DNA of 64,000 nt from Malacoraja senta (GCA_038087875.1 CM075988.1:22508001-22572000), one strand, 5' to 3'; positions 26,025-38,203 are shown, counted from the stretch's first letter. A program made the numbers and translations. Notes: generated by a model not told the origin, from the letters alone.

Positions 26025-26355
26025 AAGCCCTGTCCCACGGTACGAGTTCATTCCAAGAGCTCTCCCGAGTTTGCCCTGATTCGAACTCGGAGGTTTACGG
26101 TAATGGCCGCTCGTCGGTACTCGGGGCTCTCGTGGACATTTTTCAACATGCTGAAAAATCTTCAGGAGTCTTCCCGTCCTTACCTGCCGTTAGCGAGTCT
26201 TCCCGAGTACCTGCCGTTAGCGTCACGAGCCGCTAAGAGACGTCCCCGAGCTCCGACGTACCCGCTAAGTTCATTCTCCGCGCTTACCACGAGTTTGATT
26301 TTTTTTAAAACTCGGGAGAGCTCTTGGAATGAACTCGCACCGTGGGACAGGGCTA
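26025..26355. mobile_element. PIF/Harbinger-type MITE (family A), 54 bp from a SIDT2 acceptor
   Basis: 331 bp, near-identical to 8627-8957; TTA/TTA. Confidence 0.85.
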
Positions 26356-26472
26356 TTATTGTAGATTTTACAATTAAATAACAACAGCAACATAGACATT
26401 ACTTTAGAATTTAGAGATGTAGCGTGGAAACTGGCCCCATCTCTAAAATTACAAACTAACAATGACCCTTAC

Positions 26473-26583
26473 CTGCCATGTGCTGAGACCCTGGAAGAAG
26501 AAGAAGAGAGCAAAGCCCCAGACCACCGCCGTACAGATGATGCAGATCAGTGGAATGGCTCTAATCCGTTCACCACTGCGCAA
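26473..26583 (-). CDS. SIDT2: SIDT2 exon
   Basis: 111 bp, ccccag/gtaagg: [37 protein letters not shown]. Confidence 0.97.
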
Positions 26584-27467
26584 CTGGGGACCAAGAGCAA
26601 ACAGCCATGAAAAGCTCAGCAGCTTCATCCTACCACAACTAGAGAGCTGTCCTGAACTAATGTCTACCTCATTGGTGACCCTCGGAAATCTCTCTCGTGG
26701 AAATCTCTCAAGAGAGTTTATTGTCATGTGTCCCAGATAGGACAATGAAATCCTTGCTTTGCTTCAGCACAACAGGATATAGTAGGCATGAATAATACAG
26801 AACAGATCAGTGTGTCCATATACCATTATATAAATATATACACACGTGAATAAATAAACAGATAAAGTGCAAATATACAGATAATGGGCTATGAATGTTC
26901 AGAGTTTTGTATGAGTTGAGTTTAATAGCCTGATGGCCGTGGGGAAGTAGCTATTCCTGAACCTGGACGTTGCAGTCTTCAGGCTCCTGTACCTTCTACC
27001 TGAAGGTAGCGGGGAGATGAGTGTGTGGCCAGGATGGTGTGGGTCCTTGATGATGCTGCCAGCCTTTTTGAGGCAGCGACTGCGATAGATCCCCGGGATG
27101 GTAGGGAGGTCAGAGTCGATGATAGACCGGGCAGTGTTTACTTTACTGGCTTTAGCTTGCACTAAACGTTATTCCCTTATCGTGTGTCTGTACAGCGTGA
27201 ATGGTCAGAAAGTCATAAGTGATAGGAGCAGAATTAGGCCATTCGGCCCATTACGTCTACTCCACCATTCAATCGTGGCTGATCTATCTCTCCCTCCTAA
27301 CCCCATTCTCCTGCCTTCTCCCCATAACCCCCGACCCTGAATGGCTCGATTGTAATCATGTATTGTCTTTCCGCTGATTGGTTAGCACGCAACAAAAGCT
27401 TTTCACTGTACCTCGGTACACGTGACAATAAACTGAACTCAACTGAACTAATCAGCTGTGCTGTTAC

Positions 27468-27573
27468 CTTCATGATGATGTAAAATGCAAAATACAGGAG
27501 CAAGTTGCAGATCCCAATTGCCAGCAAGTAGGAGGCAAAATCTTTCGGCCTCAGAATAAGTCCGTACGCAGCT
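27468..27573 (-). CDS. SIDT2: SIDT2 exon
   Basis: 106 bp, tttttcag/gtaaca: [35 protein letters not shown]. Confidence 0.97.
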
Positions 27574-28694
27574 CTGAAAAATAAACCCAAGTCAGTTAGT
27601 CCCGGGTCAGGCCAGGTGGGGCTTGAGACCAGACGCCTCAACCTTTCTCGGCTTCAGGATGCCTCCCCCCCCTATCGGTTTGAAGCACCAACCCGAAACG
27701 CCACCTTTTCCTTTTCTCCAGCGATGCCGCCTGTCCCACCGAGTGATGTCTATCTTTGGTGTAAACCGCAGTTCCTTCCAGCACGTCGCAGCCTGAGTTT
27801 AGTTTAGAGATCCAGCGTAGAAACGGGCCCTTCGGCTCACCGAGTCCGCGCCGACCAGCGACCAGCCTGTTCTGTGGTTGTGCCCTACACACTAGGGACA
27901 GTTTACAGAAGCCAATTCACCTGCAAACCCGTACGTCTTTGGAATCTGCGGGGGGGGGGGGGGGGGAGGAGCCGGAGGGAACCCACGCGGTCACGGGGAG
28001 AACGTGCAAACTCCACACACACAGACAGCACCCGAGGTCAGGATCAAACCCGGGTCTCTGGTGCCGTGAGGCAGCAACTCTACCGCTACCGTCACCGTGT
28101 TTGTTGGAGCTGGCTGTGCAAAGGTCTTCCACACTGGCGGGACTGACATATGGTGAAAGAATGGGTGGACTGGGCTTGTATTCACTGGAATTTGGGAAGG
28201 ATGAGAAGGAATCTTATGGAAACATATCAAATTCTTAAGGGATTGGACAGGCTGGATGCAGGAAAAATGTTCCCGATGTTGGGGGGAGTCCAGAACCAGG
28301 GGTCACACTGTTTAAGAATAAGGGGTCGGCCATTTAGGACTGAGATGAGGAATTTTTTTTTCACCCAGAGAGTTGTGAATCTGTGGAATTCTCTGCCACA
28401 GAAAGGCAGCGGAGGCCGATTCACTGGATGTTTTCAAGAGATAATTAGATTTAGCTCTTAGGGCTAAAGGAATCAAGGGATATGAGGGAAAAAGCAGGAA
28501 CAGGGTACTGATTTTGGAATGAACAGTCAGGATCATATTGAATGGCGGTGCTGGATTGAAGGGCCGTATGGCCTACTCCTGCATCTATTTTCTATGCTTC
28601 CGTCTCAATTAAACCTGAGGCCCAGGTCTGGGGAGATTCAGGTGGATGTGCGGGCGGGCGTGTGTCAGGGGAGAGGGAGCACTCTAATACTCAC

Positions 28695-28741
28695 AATGAC
28701 CAGTTCACAATGTTCCCCATGATCAGCAGCACCATCCGATC
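28695..28741 (-). CDS. SIDT2: SIDT2 exon
   Basis: 47 bp, ctctcag/gtgagt: DRMVLLIMGNIVNWS(L). Confidence 0.95.
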
Positions 28742-29067
28742 CTGAGAGCAAAAAGACAAAGGCCTTTAGTAAACCCTCCCTTGTCATCCCCCCCAGATAT
28801 CCCACCCCACCCCTCCCCTTACGCGCACCTTTCTTTCCATTTCCCCCACCCGCACCCAGTTCCTTTCCCCTCCTCCACCTCCTCTACCCGTCATCTCCCA
28901 CCCCAGGTCTCCCATCTTCCCGTCTCCCCACCACCCCTTCCGCTGGTTCTATATGTCACTCCCCATCTTCCTTCCTTATTGGATCCCATCACGTGCACCT
29001 CTTTGTCTTCTCCACCTCCAGCCTTCTTTACTATCTCCACTCTTCTCTTCCCCCACCTGAATCATCC

Positions 29068-29430
29068 CCTCCTCACCTGGATCCCCCTCACCTGGGTCCC
29101 ATTCACCTGGATCCTCCTCACCTGGATCCCCCTCACCTGGATCCCTCACCTGGGTCCTCCTCACCTGGATCCTCCTCACCTGGATCCCTCACCTGGGTCC
29201 CCCTCACCTGGATCCTCCTCACCTGGATCCCCCTCACCTGGATCCCCCTCACCTGGATCCCCCTCACCTGGATCCCCCTCACCTGGGTCCCCCTCACCTG
29301 GATCCTCCTCACCTGGATCCCCCTCACCTGGATCCCCCTCACCTGGATCCCCCTCACCTGGTTCCTCCTCACATGGGTCCCCCTCACCTGGATCCCCCTC
29401 ACCTGGTTCCTCTTCACCTGGATCCTCCTC
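29068..29430. repeat. 15-bp minisatellite (CCTCACCTGGATCCC)n, about 24 copies
   Basis: Periodic cacctgg every 15 nt, occasionally 13 nt. Confidence 0.97.
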
Positions 29431-30058
29431 TGACTCTTGCCCCATCCCTTCCCTTCACCTCCCTTTACCAGCCAAGGCCCCTCGACTCCATCCGTCTGAA
29501 GAAGGGTCCCGACCTGAAATGTTATCTGTCCATTTGCCTCCCCTGATGTTGCCTGACCTATTGATTTCTTCCAGCAGTTTTTTGCTTGCCACCAGCCTAT
29601 ATGACTGTCATAATGGAGTTCATTAGTCATAGGAGCAGAATTAAACCATTCGGCCCATCGAGTCGACTCCGTCATTCAATCATGGCTGATCTATCTTTCC
29701 TTCTCAACCCCATTCTCCTGCCTTCTCCCCGTAACCTTAAGACACCCTTATTAAGATAGAACCTGTCAATCTCCACTTTAAAAAAAACCCATGTCTCAGT
29801 GACTATGAGGAGGCAGTTGAGGCAGGCACGGTCAAAATGTTTAAAAAACATTTAGACAGGTACATGGATAGGACGGGTTTAGAGGGATATGGTCCAAACG
29901 CAGGTAGGTGGGATTAGCGTGGATGGGCTATGTTGGTCGGTATGGGCAAGGTGGGTCGAAGGGCCTGTTTCCACACTGTATCACTCTGTGACTGTAAAAT
30001 GGGAGATGAGACTATTCGAGATTACAGCTGTGATGGTGACCATTTAGAGGGCACTTAC

Positions 30059-30135
30059 TATATAAGCAGGTCCGCTGCACTGCCTGATGTGATCAGTGTA
30101 AATGACACGAATAATCCTTCTGCATATCCCTACAT
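30059..30135 (-). CDS. SIDT2: SIDT2 exon
   Basis: 77 bp, tttacag/gtaagt: DVGICRRIIRVIYTDHIRQCSGPAYI. Confidence 0.93.
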
Positions 30136-30762
30136 CTGTAAAAGGAAAGACGCACCGTTTAAAATCCTCCCTATTAACAAAAGCGTAGAGAACCGGCATA
30201 CAAACAGGTCAAATGTCTTTATGTAGGAAGGAACTACAGATGCTGGTTTAAACTGAAGATAGATACAAAATGCTGGAGTAACTCAGTGGGTCAGGCAGCA
30301 TCTCTGGAGAGAAGGAATGGGTGACGTTTTACATTCCTTCTCTCCAGAGATGTTGCCTGACCCGGTGAGTTACTCCAGCATTTTGTGTCTATCTTAGGTC
30401 TATCTCATCGCTTTGTTGTCTCCACTTTACCCGTCAGCCTTTGTTCCTCTTTGGCAGTGAACAGGGACCAACGCTGAAGACAGATACAAAGTGCTGGAAT
30501 AACTCAGCGGTTCAGGCCAAAATGGATGGGTGACGAAGACGAATTCTGACCCGAAACCTCGCCCACAACCTTTTTTCTCCAGAGATGCTGCCCGAGCCGC
30601 TGAGTTACTCCAGCACTTTGTGTCTATCTTTGGTATAAACCAGCGTCTGCAGTTCCTTCCTGCGCACCAACGCTGAACCTTAAATGAACCCCACTGGAAC
30701 ACAGCTGTCATCACATTGCCATCCGCAGAGGTTCAGTGTTAACACCAGCAACCTCCAGCCAG

Positions 30763-31185
30763 AGTAGGCTTGGCGATCGTTTCGCCCAACACCTCCGCTC
30801 GGTCCGCATTAACCAACCTGATCTCCCGGTGGCTCAGCACTTCAACTCCCCCTCCCATTCTGAATCTGACCTTTCTGTCCTGGGCCTCCTCCATTCCCAG
30901 AGTGAGCACCACCGGAAACTGGAGGAGCACCACCTCATATTCCGCTTGGGCAGTCTGCACCCTAGCGGCATAAACATTGACCTCCAATTTCCGGTAGCCC
31001 TTGCTGTCTCTTCTCCTCCCCTTCTCAGGTCTCCCTCAGCCCTCGGACTCCTCCTCTTCCTTTCTTCTTCCCGCCCCCACGCTACATCAGTCTGAAGAAC
31101 GGTTTCAGCCCGTAACGTTGCCTATTTCATTCACTCCATAGATGCTGCCTCACCCGCTGAGTTTCTCCAGCGCGTTTGTCTACCA
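30763..31185 (+). mobile_element. Penelope-like element 3' fragment (GIY-YIG C-terminus plus hammerhead-like 3' repeat)
   Basis: RLGDRFAQHLRSV...PVAQHFNSPSHS...RKLEEHHLIFRLGSLHPSGINID, a pyrimidine tract, then CTGAAGA...GTAACGTT. Confidence 0.85.
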
Positions 31186-31820
31186 GCAACCAATATCCAG
31201 CCAGGTAAGACCGGGTTTTTGCACAATACAACGACATTCGGAATATTCCTGGAGAAAAGTGGAAGGTGCAACAGGAATACAATTCCTTCTCTCTCCCACT
31301 GAAACTGATGCCGGTTCTGAGATAGAGATTCAAGTTGTACCATGCGAGTCCCAGACTTTACCCACGGTAACTAAATAAGAAGCAAGGTGTTCAAAATCAT
31401 GAGAGGAATAGATTGGGAGGACACAAGGTGTTCAAAATCATGAGAGGAATAGATTGGGAGTCTCTTGCCCAGAGTAAGGGAATCGAGAACCAGAAAAGGT
31501 GAGGGGGGGAAAGATTTAATAGGAACCTGAGGGGTATCTTTTTCATTGAAAAATGTGAGGTGGGTGTATGGAACGAGATGCCGGAGGAGGTAGTTGAGGC
31601 AGGGACTATAGCAACGTTTAGACAGGTACTTGGATAGGACAGGTTTAGAGGGGTATGGACCAAAACGCAGGCAGGTGGGACTAGTGTCGATGGGACATGC
31701 TGGTCGTGTGTGGGCAAGTTGGGCCGAAGGGCCTGTTTCTGCGCTGCACGACTCTATCAGACTGGGACATGGCACTAAGTGCTTGCCTCGCGGCATGTTT
31801 TGAGCAGGGTGGATACTTAC

Positions 31821-31929
31821 CCAGTTTCCAACGACCCACATAATAGAGCTGTATACTGAGCAGCAGTGTCGCCAAGATGTGAATGAAGGAGAAAACTGCC
31901 CAGAATACAATGTAATCCTTTCCAATGAC
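31821..31929 (-). CDS. SIDT2: SIDT2 exon
   Basis: 109 bp, AG/gtaagt: [36 protein letters not shown]. Confidence 0.95.
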
Positions 31930-32008
31930 CTGGGACAGAGAGAAGAAAAGAAGAAAAAAATAAATAAAGCAGAGAACTTGAAGTCATAAAGTCATTCAAC
32001 ACTCCAAA

Positions 32009-32326
32009 GCTCCTCCACGGCCAGAGTGAGCAACACCGGAAATTGGAGGAACAGCACCTCATATTCCGCCTGGGGAGTCTGCATCCTGGTGGCATGAACA
32101 TTGAATTCTCACAATTCTGTTAGCCCTTGCTGTCTCCTCCCCTTCCTAGCTCTCCCTCAGCCCTCGGGCTCCTCCTCCTCCTCCTTTTCCTTTCATCTCC
32201 CCGCCTCCCCCCACCACCCCCCCCATCTGTCTGAAGAAGGGTTTCGGCCCGAAACGTTGCCTATTTCCTTCGCTCCATAGATGCTGCTGCACCCGCTGAG
32301 TTTCTCCTGCATTTTTGTCTACCTTC
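32009..32326 (+). mobile_element. Penelope-like element 3' fragment with intact minimal hammerhead core at 32231-32258
   Basis: RKLEEQHLIFRLGSLHPGGMNIEF, then CTGAAGA-A-GGGTT-TC-GGCCC-GAAA-CGTT. Confidence 0.85.
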
Positions 32327-33012
32327 AGGTTTGTAGGTGAATTGGCGTCGGTAAAATTGTAAATTGTCCCTAGTGTGTGTAGGATAGTGCAAGTGTGCGG
32401 GGATCGCTGGTCGGTGCGGACTCGGTAGGCCAATTTGTCCATTTTGACCAAGATGCCCCATCTAAGCTAGTCCCGCTTTCCCACGTTTGACCCATATCCC
32501 TGTAAACATTTCTATCCACGTCCCTGTCCAAGAGTCTTTTAAATGTTGATATGAATCTGTCTTAACCACGCCCTCTGGCAAAATGTGTAGGAAGGAACTG
32601 CAGATGCAGGTAAAGGTCTGAAGAACAATCTCAACCCGAAACGTCACCTACTCCTTTTCGCCAGAGATGCTGCCTGTCCCGCTGAGTTACTCCAGCTGTT
32701 TGTGTCTATCTTCTGTTTAAACCAGCATCTGCATTTCCTTCCTACACACTTCCGAGTGACAATGTTGCCCCTCGGTTCCTGTATTAAATCTTGCCCCTCT
32801 CACCGTAAATCGATGTCCTCTGGTTCGATGCCCCTCTCCGCCCCACCTTTTACAATTTGTCTTCGTTATTTCTTGGAATCTGACGTCACAGGCAAGGCCC
32901 AACATTGATTGTGTCGGAAGGAACTGCAGATGCTGGTTTACATCGAAGGTAGACACAACATGCTGGAGTCACTCAGCGGGACAGGCAACATCTCTGGATG
33001 GAAAGAATGGGT

Positions 33013-33040
33013 GACGTTTCGGGTCGAGACCCTTCTTCAG
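33013..33040 (-). ncRNA. Minimal hammerhead-ribozyme core motif (Penelope-type), sense to SIDT2
   Basis: Reverse complement reads CUGAAGA-A-GGGUC-UC-GACCC-GAAA-C-GUC. Activity not shown. Confidence 0.6.
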
Positions 33041-33674
33041 ACTGTTTACTGGATGTCAACATGGTCAACATGGCCAACATTTACTGCCTGTCCTAATTGC
33101 TCTTGAGTAAGTTTGGGGTGAATGACATTCTTGAACCCCAGTAGTGCTTCTATTTTATTTGGCTGGCGTCCGCTCCTTGATGGTGTTAAGCTCCTCGATG
33201 CCACCATGTACCCTAGATGACCAGGGCATGAATCTGTTTGTTACGTAAAGCATTCCTCCATCTCCACAAGGCTTCATACAGTTAAATCTTTGGAACAAAC
33301 ACAAATGTATATCAGTATCTGGGGCAGCGTACTGGCGCAGCGGTAGAGTTGCTACCTTTGCAGCGCCAGATACCTGGGCTCAACCCTGACTACCAGTGCT
33401 GTCAGCACAGAGTTTGTATGTTCTCCCTGTGACCGTGTGGGTTTTCTCCGGGTGCTCCGGTTTCCTCCCTCATTCCAAAGACGTGAAAGTTTGTAGGTTA
33501 ATTGGTTTCGATAAATTGTCCCTAGCGTGCAGGGTAGATTCGATGAGTCCACAAACATTTGGACAGGTAGGTGGGACTAATATAGATGAGGCATGTTGGT
33601 CGGCATGTGCAAGTTGGGCCGAAAGGCTTGTTTCCATGGCCTATGATAGAATTGGTGTACGGGGATCGCTGGTC

Positions 33675-34400
33675 AATAGACAATAGATAATAGACAATAG
33701 GTGCAGGAGTAGGCCATTTGGCCCTTCGAGCCAGCACCGCCATTCAATGTGTTCATGGCTGATCATCCCCAATCAGTACCCCGTTCCTGCCTCCTCCCCA
33801 TATCTCCTGACTCCGCTATTTTTAAGAGCCCTATCTAGCTCTCTCTTGAAAGCATCCAGAGAACCTGCCTCCACCGCCCTCTGAGGCAGAGAATTCCACA
33901 GACTCACCACCCTCTGTGAGAAAAAGTGTTTCCTCGTCTCCGTTCTAAATGGCTTACTCCTTATTCTTAAGCTGTGGCCCCTGGTTCTGGACTCCCCCAA
34001 CATCGGGAACATGTTTCCTGCCTCTAGCGTGTCCAAACCCTTAACAATCTTATATGTTTCAATGAGATATCCTCTCATCCTTCTAAACTCCAGAGTATAC
34101 AAGCCCAGCCGCTCCATTCTCTCAGCATATGACGGTCCCGCCATCCCGGGAATTAACCTTGTAAACATACGCTGCACTCCCTCAATAGCAAGAATGTCCT
34201 TCCTCAAATTAGGGGACCAAAACTGCACAAAATACTCCAGGTGTGGTCTCACTAGGGCTCTGTACAACTGCAGAAGGACCTCTTTGCTCCTATATTCGAT
34301 TCCTCTTGTTATAAAGGCCAACATGCCATTCGCTTTCTTCACTGCCTGCTGTACCTGCATGCTTCAATGAGATATCCTCTCATCCTTCTAAACTCCAGGT
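33675..34400 (-). mobile_element. CR1 LINE 3' fragment
   Basis: 195-aa RT C-terminus ORF; same tail. Confidence 0.92.
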
Positions 34401-34546
34401 CGACATGGACTCGATGGGCTGAATGGCCCGTTTCCATGCTGAATCCTTCTAAATATCACCTGAGAAACATTATCCAATAACTCCTCGTCCTGATAACATC
34501 CATGACTCACAGTTTTCTTCCCTTTAGCCAGAGAAGATGAACTCAC

Positions 34547-34683
34547 CACTCCCAACACGGAGATGAAGATGACCAAGGCAAGGCTGGCGTAGGCAGAGTA
34601 GGCACTGGCGTTGATGTCAGGGTGGCGCTTCTGGTAGAGTTTCAGCATGCAAAGGCCAGCTATCATGTACATGAAGGATGTGT
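34547..34683 (-). CDS. SIDT2: SIDT2 exon
   Basis: 137 bp, AG/gtgagt: [46 protein letters not shown]. Confidence 0.97.
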
Positions 34684-35257
34684 CTGTCAACCAAACGGAA
34701 AGAGACGTCACTACAACTGGGAAAAGCTTCCTCCACCAAGAATTAAAATGGATCTCCTGTCTGTCTTTGGAGCGCGGGAGGAAACCGGAGCACGCAGCCG
34801 GAGAAAAGCCACGCAGGTCATGGGGAGAGCGTGCAAACTCCGCACAGACAGCACCCGCAGTCAGGATCGAACCCGGGTCTCTGGCGCTCTGAGGCAGCAA
34901 CTCCACCTGCGCTGCCCCCTCTGGGTCCTGATGCAGGGGTCTCGACCATGAAACGTCGACCATCCACACTCACTGCTCCACCACGAAGTTCCTCCAGTCG
35001 TGTATTCCTGGCTCCAGATTCCAGCTTCTGCAGTTGCCCGTGTTCAAACATTCCTCCCGTTCCAGTGTGGGGGCACGGAGGAACAACCTCGTATATCGTA
35101 AATGCTTTTATAGCACAGTACAGTACAGGCGGGATTCAATACTTTAAATATGATTAGTTACTCATCAAGGGAGGATTTCTTGGTCATTTTTTTAGCAGGC
35201 ATTTGGGAGCCTTTTCCATTGATACTGAGCCAGGAAACCCATGTGGAGAGATCACTG

Positions 35258-35565
35258 TGCAGGAAGGAACTGCAGATGCTGGTTTAAACCGAAGATGGAC
35301 ACAAAGTGCTGGAGTAACTCAGCGGGACAGGCAGCATCTCTGGAGAGAAGGAATGGGGGACGTTTCGGGTCTCGACCCTCGGGTCTCGACCCGAAAGGTC
35401 ACCCATTCCTTCTTCAGACTGAAGAAGGGTCTCGACCCGAAACGTCACCCATTCCTTCTTCAGACTGAAGAAGGGTCTCGACCCGAAACGTCACCCATTC
35501 CTTCTCTCCAGAGATGCTGCCTTTCCCGCTGAGTTACTCCACCATTTTGTGTCCGTCTATCTTCA
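35258..35565. repeat. Penelope-derived fold-back repeat with a tandem 46-bp hammerhead-core array
   Basis: Inverted arms around repeats of cagactgaagaagggtctcgacccgaaacgtcacccattccttctt. Confidence 0.85.
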
Positions 35566-35785
35566 GTATCACACAGCAAGATGCCTTTGCCCCTACAGTG
35601 GCCTTGCCAAACACAATGCCAAGATAACCTAATGTCTTCTGCCTGCACATGGTCCATATCCCTCCACTCCCAGCATGTCCAGGTGCCCATTTGCAAACAG
35701 CTTGTCAAGCACCAGGTTCTGGGCCCAACGCTTGTTGATCTAGGACTTTACCATCTCCAGGCATTAGAAATAAATGCAGACTCAC

Positions 35786-35903
35786 CGAACTGGAAATTGG
35801 TGTAGTTTGGGCAGACATGGTAACAGGCACTGAGGAGGCCCTCCATCATCAACGCCGTTCCCATCGCGTAAAATAACCCAAAGTGTTTCGGGATTCCACA
35901 TTC
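35786..35903 (-). CDS. SIDT2: SIDT2 exon (CREST SxxxH motif, SACYH)
   Basis: 118 bp, AG/gtgagt: [39 protein letters not shown]. Residues ECG, GTAL, GLLS and YTNF are SIDT2-type rather than SIDT1-type, as recalled. Confidence 0.97.
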
Positions 35904-38079
35904 CTGAAAGTCGGAGACAGATAAGGTTGCTTAAAATTAGATCAACTCTGCCCCTGGCGACTTCAACTTGACTCCTTCAGCCTGAAACGTTGCCTATTTC
36001 CTTCGCTCCATAGATGCTGCTGCACCCGCTGGGTTTCTCCAGCACTTTTGTCTACCTCCAACTGATCAATGTCTTTTATTTAAGAAAGAACTGCAGATGC
36101 TGGAAAAATCAAAGGTAGACAAAAAATGCTGGAGAAACTCAGCAGATTGAAAAGACGAGGCTTGTATTCACTGGAGTTTAGAAGGATGAGGGGGGGATCT
36201 TATAGAAACATATAAAATTATAAAAGGACTGGACAAGCTAGATGCAGGAAACATGTTCCCAATGTTGGGCGAGTCCAGAACCAGGGGCCACAGTCTTAGA
36301 ATAAAGGGGAGGCCATTTAAGACTGTGGTGAGAAAAAACTTTTTCACCCAGAGAGTTGTGAATTTGTGGAATTCCCTGCCACAGAGGGCAGTGGAGGCCA
36401 AATCACTGGATGGATTTAAGAGAGAGTTAGATAGAGCTCTAGGGGCTAGTGGAATCAAGGGATATGGGGAGAAGGCAGGCACGGATTATTGATTGGGACG
36501 ATCAGCCATGATCACAATGAATGGCGGTGCTGGCTCGAAGGGCCAAATGGCCTCCTCCTGCACCTATTTTCTATGTTTCTATGGAAACAGGCCCTTCGGC
36601 TCACCGAGTCCGCGCCGACCAACGATCCCCGCGCACTATCACTATCCTACACACCAGGGACAATTTACAATTTTTTTACGCCCTCTGAGGCAGAGAATTC
36701 CACACTCACCACTCTCTGTGGGAAAAAGTGTTTCATCGTCTCCGTTCTAAATGGCTTACTCCTTATTCTTAAATGGACATGGGCCAAACACACAGGCAGG
36801 TGGGACTAGTGTAGATGGGGCATGTTGGTGAGTGTGGGCTGGTGGGCCGAAGGGCCCCTTTCCACACTGTGTGAATCTATGACTCTATTTGGCACTATTC
36901 CCCTTATTCATCAGCAATATTTTAATGAACACTCCCTCATTTTCGCAGAAGGCAAGGCTGCGTTTGTCTCACATCTCTTTAATCTTTCACCATCCTTATA
37001 CTTGACCCAATGTGATTGAGATATTGTCATTGCTTCCACCGGCAGATCCACAGACACCCAGCGTGGAAATCTAAAGTTACTGATTCACACTGAAGAACTT
37101 TAAGTTGTGTAAGGTGCCATCAAATTGCATTTTATAACTCACAAAATCTTAATGGCTTCATTTGATATTTATATACCTACTATTTTAGCTCAGGTATACA
37201 TACCATTTTCATATAGGACTATTTTAAGTTATCAAAGACATTTCCTGCTGGAAGTATTTGCGTGATAATGTGACAAGACATCATTTCATTAACTAAAAGG
37301 TGGTTGAATATGGAGTAGTTCCCTCCTTAACACCAATGTTAATTTGTGATAGGAGCAGAATTAGGCCATTTGGCCCATCATGTCTACCCCGCCATTCAAT
37401 CATGGCTGATCTATCTTTCCTTCTCAACCCCATTCTCTTGCCTTCTCCCTATAACCCCTGACACCCGTACTAATCAAGAACCTATCTTGAGTTTAGTTTA
37501 GAGATACAGCACAGAAACAGGCCCTTCGGCCCACCGGGTCCGCGCTGATCCGCGATCCCCGCACATTAACACTATCCTACACCCACTGGGGACAATTTAC
37601 ATTCTTAACAAGCCAATTAACCTACAAACCTGTACGTCTTTGGAGTGTGGGAGGAAAGCGAAAATCTGGGAGAAAAACCACGCAGGTCACGGGGAGAAGG
37701 TACAAAAGTGGGGATCGAACCCGGGTCTCTGGCGCTGCAAGCGCTGTAAGGCAGCAACTCTACCGCTGCGCCATCGTGACTGCCCTATCTCTGCCTTCAA
37801 AATATCCATTGACGTGGCCTCCACGGCCTTCTGTGGCAATGAATCCCACAGAATCACCACACTCTGACTAAAGAAATTCCTCCTCGTCTCCTTCCTAAAG
37901 GCACATTCTTTAATCCTGAGGCTGTGGCCTCTGCGTCCTACACTCTCCCACTCGTGGAGGCTCCCCCTCTCCACATCTACTCTACCCAGGCCTTTCGCGG
38001 GCTCCCAAAACTGCTCATTGTACGGTAACCGCGGGTGAGACAAGCGGGGGGGGGGGGAGGGGGTTGACTGGGTTTATAC

Positions 38080-38203
38080 CAGGGCACAGACGTCGTTCCG
38101 CATCAAGGCTCGTTTGTGGAGGATCTCACGCTGCAGGACAATGAGAAGGAACAGCAGGCCCAGCATCAGGTAACCAAGGTTACTCAGGATATTATTGAAC
38201 GCA
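38080..38203 (-). CDS. SIDT2: SIDT2 exon (TM helix)
   Basis: 124 bp, caacag/gtataa: [41 protein letters not shown]. Confidence 0.95.

Noticed and set aside
29068..29430. CRISPR-like array
   Set aside because: No unique spacers; a eukaryotic tandem repeat.
28781..29675. Long Pro/Ser-rich and GEGDP-repeat ORFs
   Set aside because: Products of the 15-bp minisatellite and a pyrimidine tract that lack stop codons; no splice or homology support.
31384..31460. Direct repeat of about 41 bp
   Set aside because: Local tandem duplication inside a decayed CR1 fragment.
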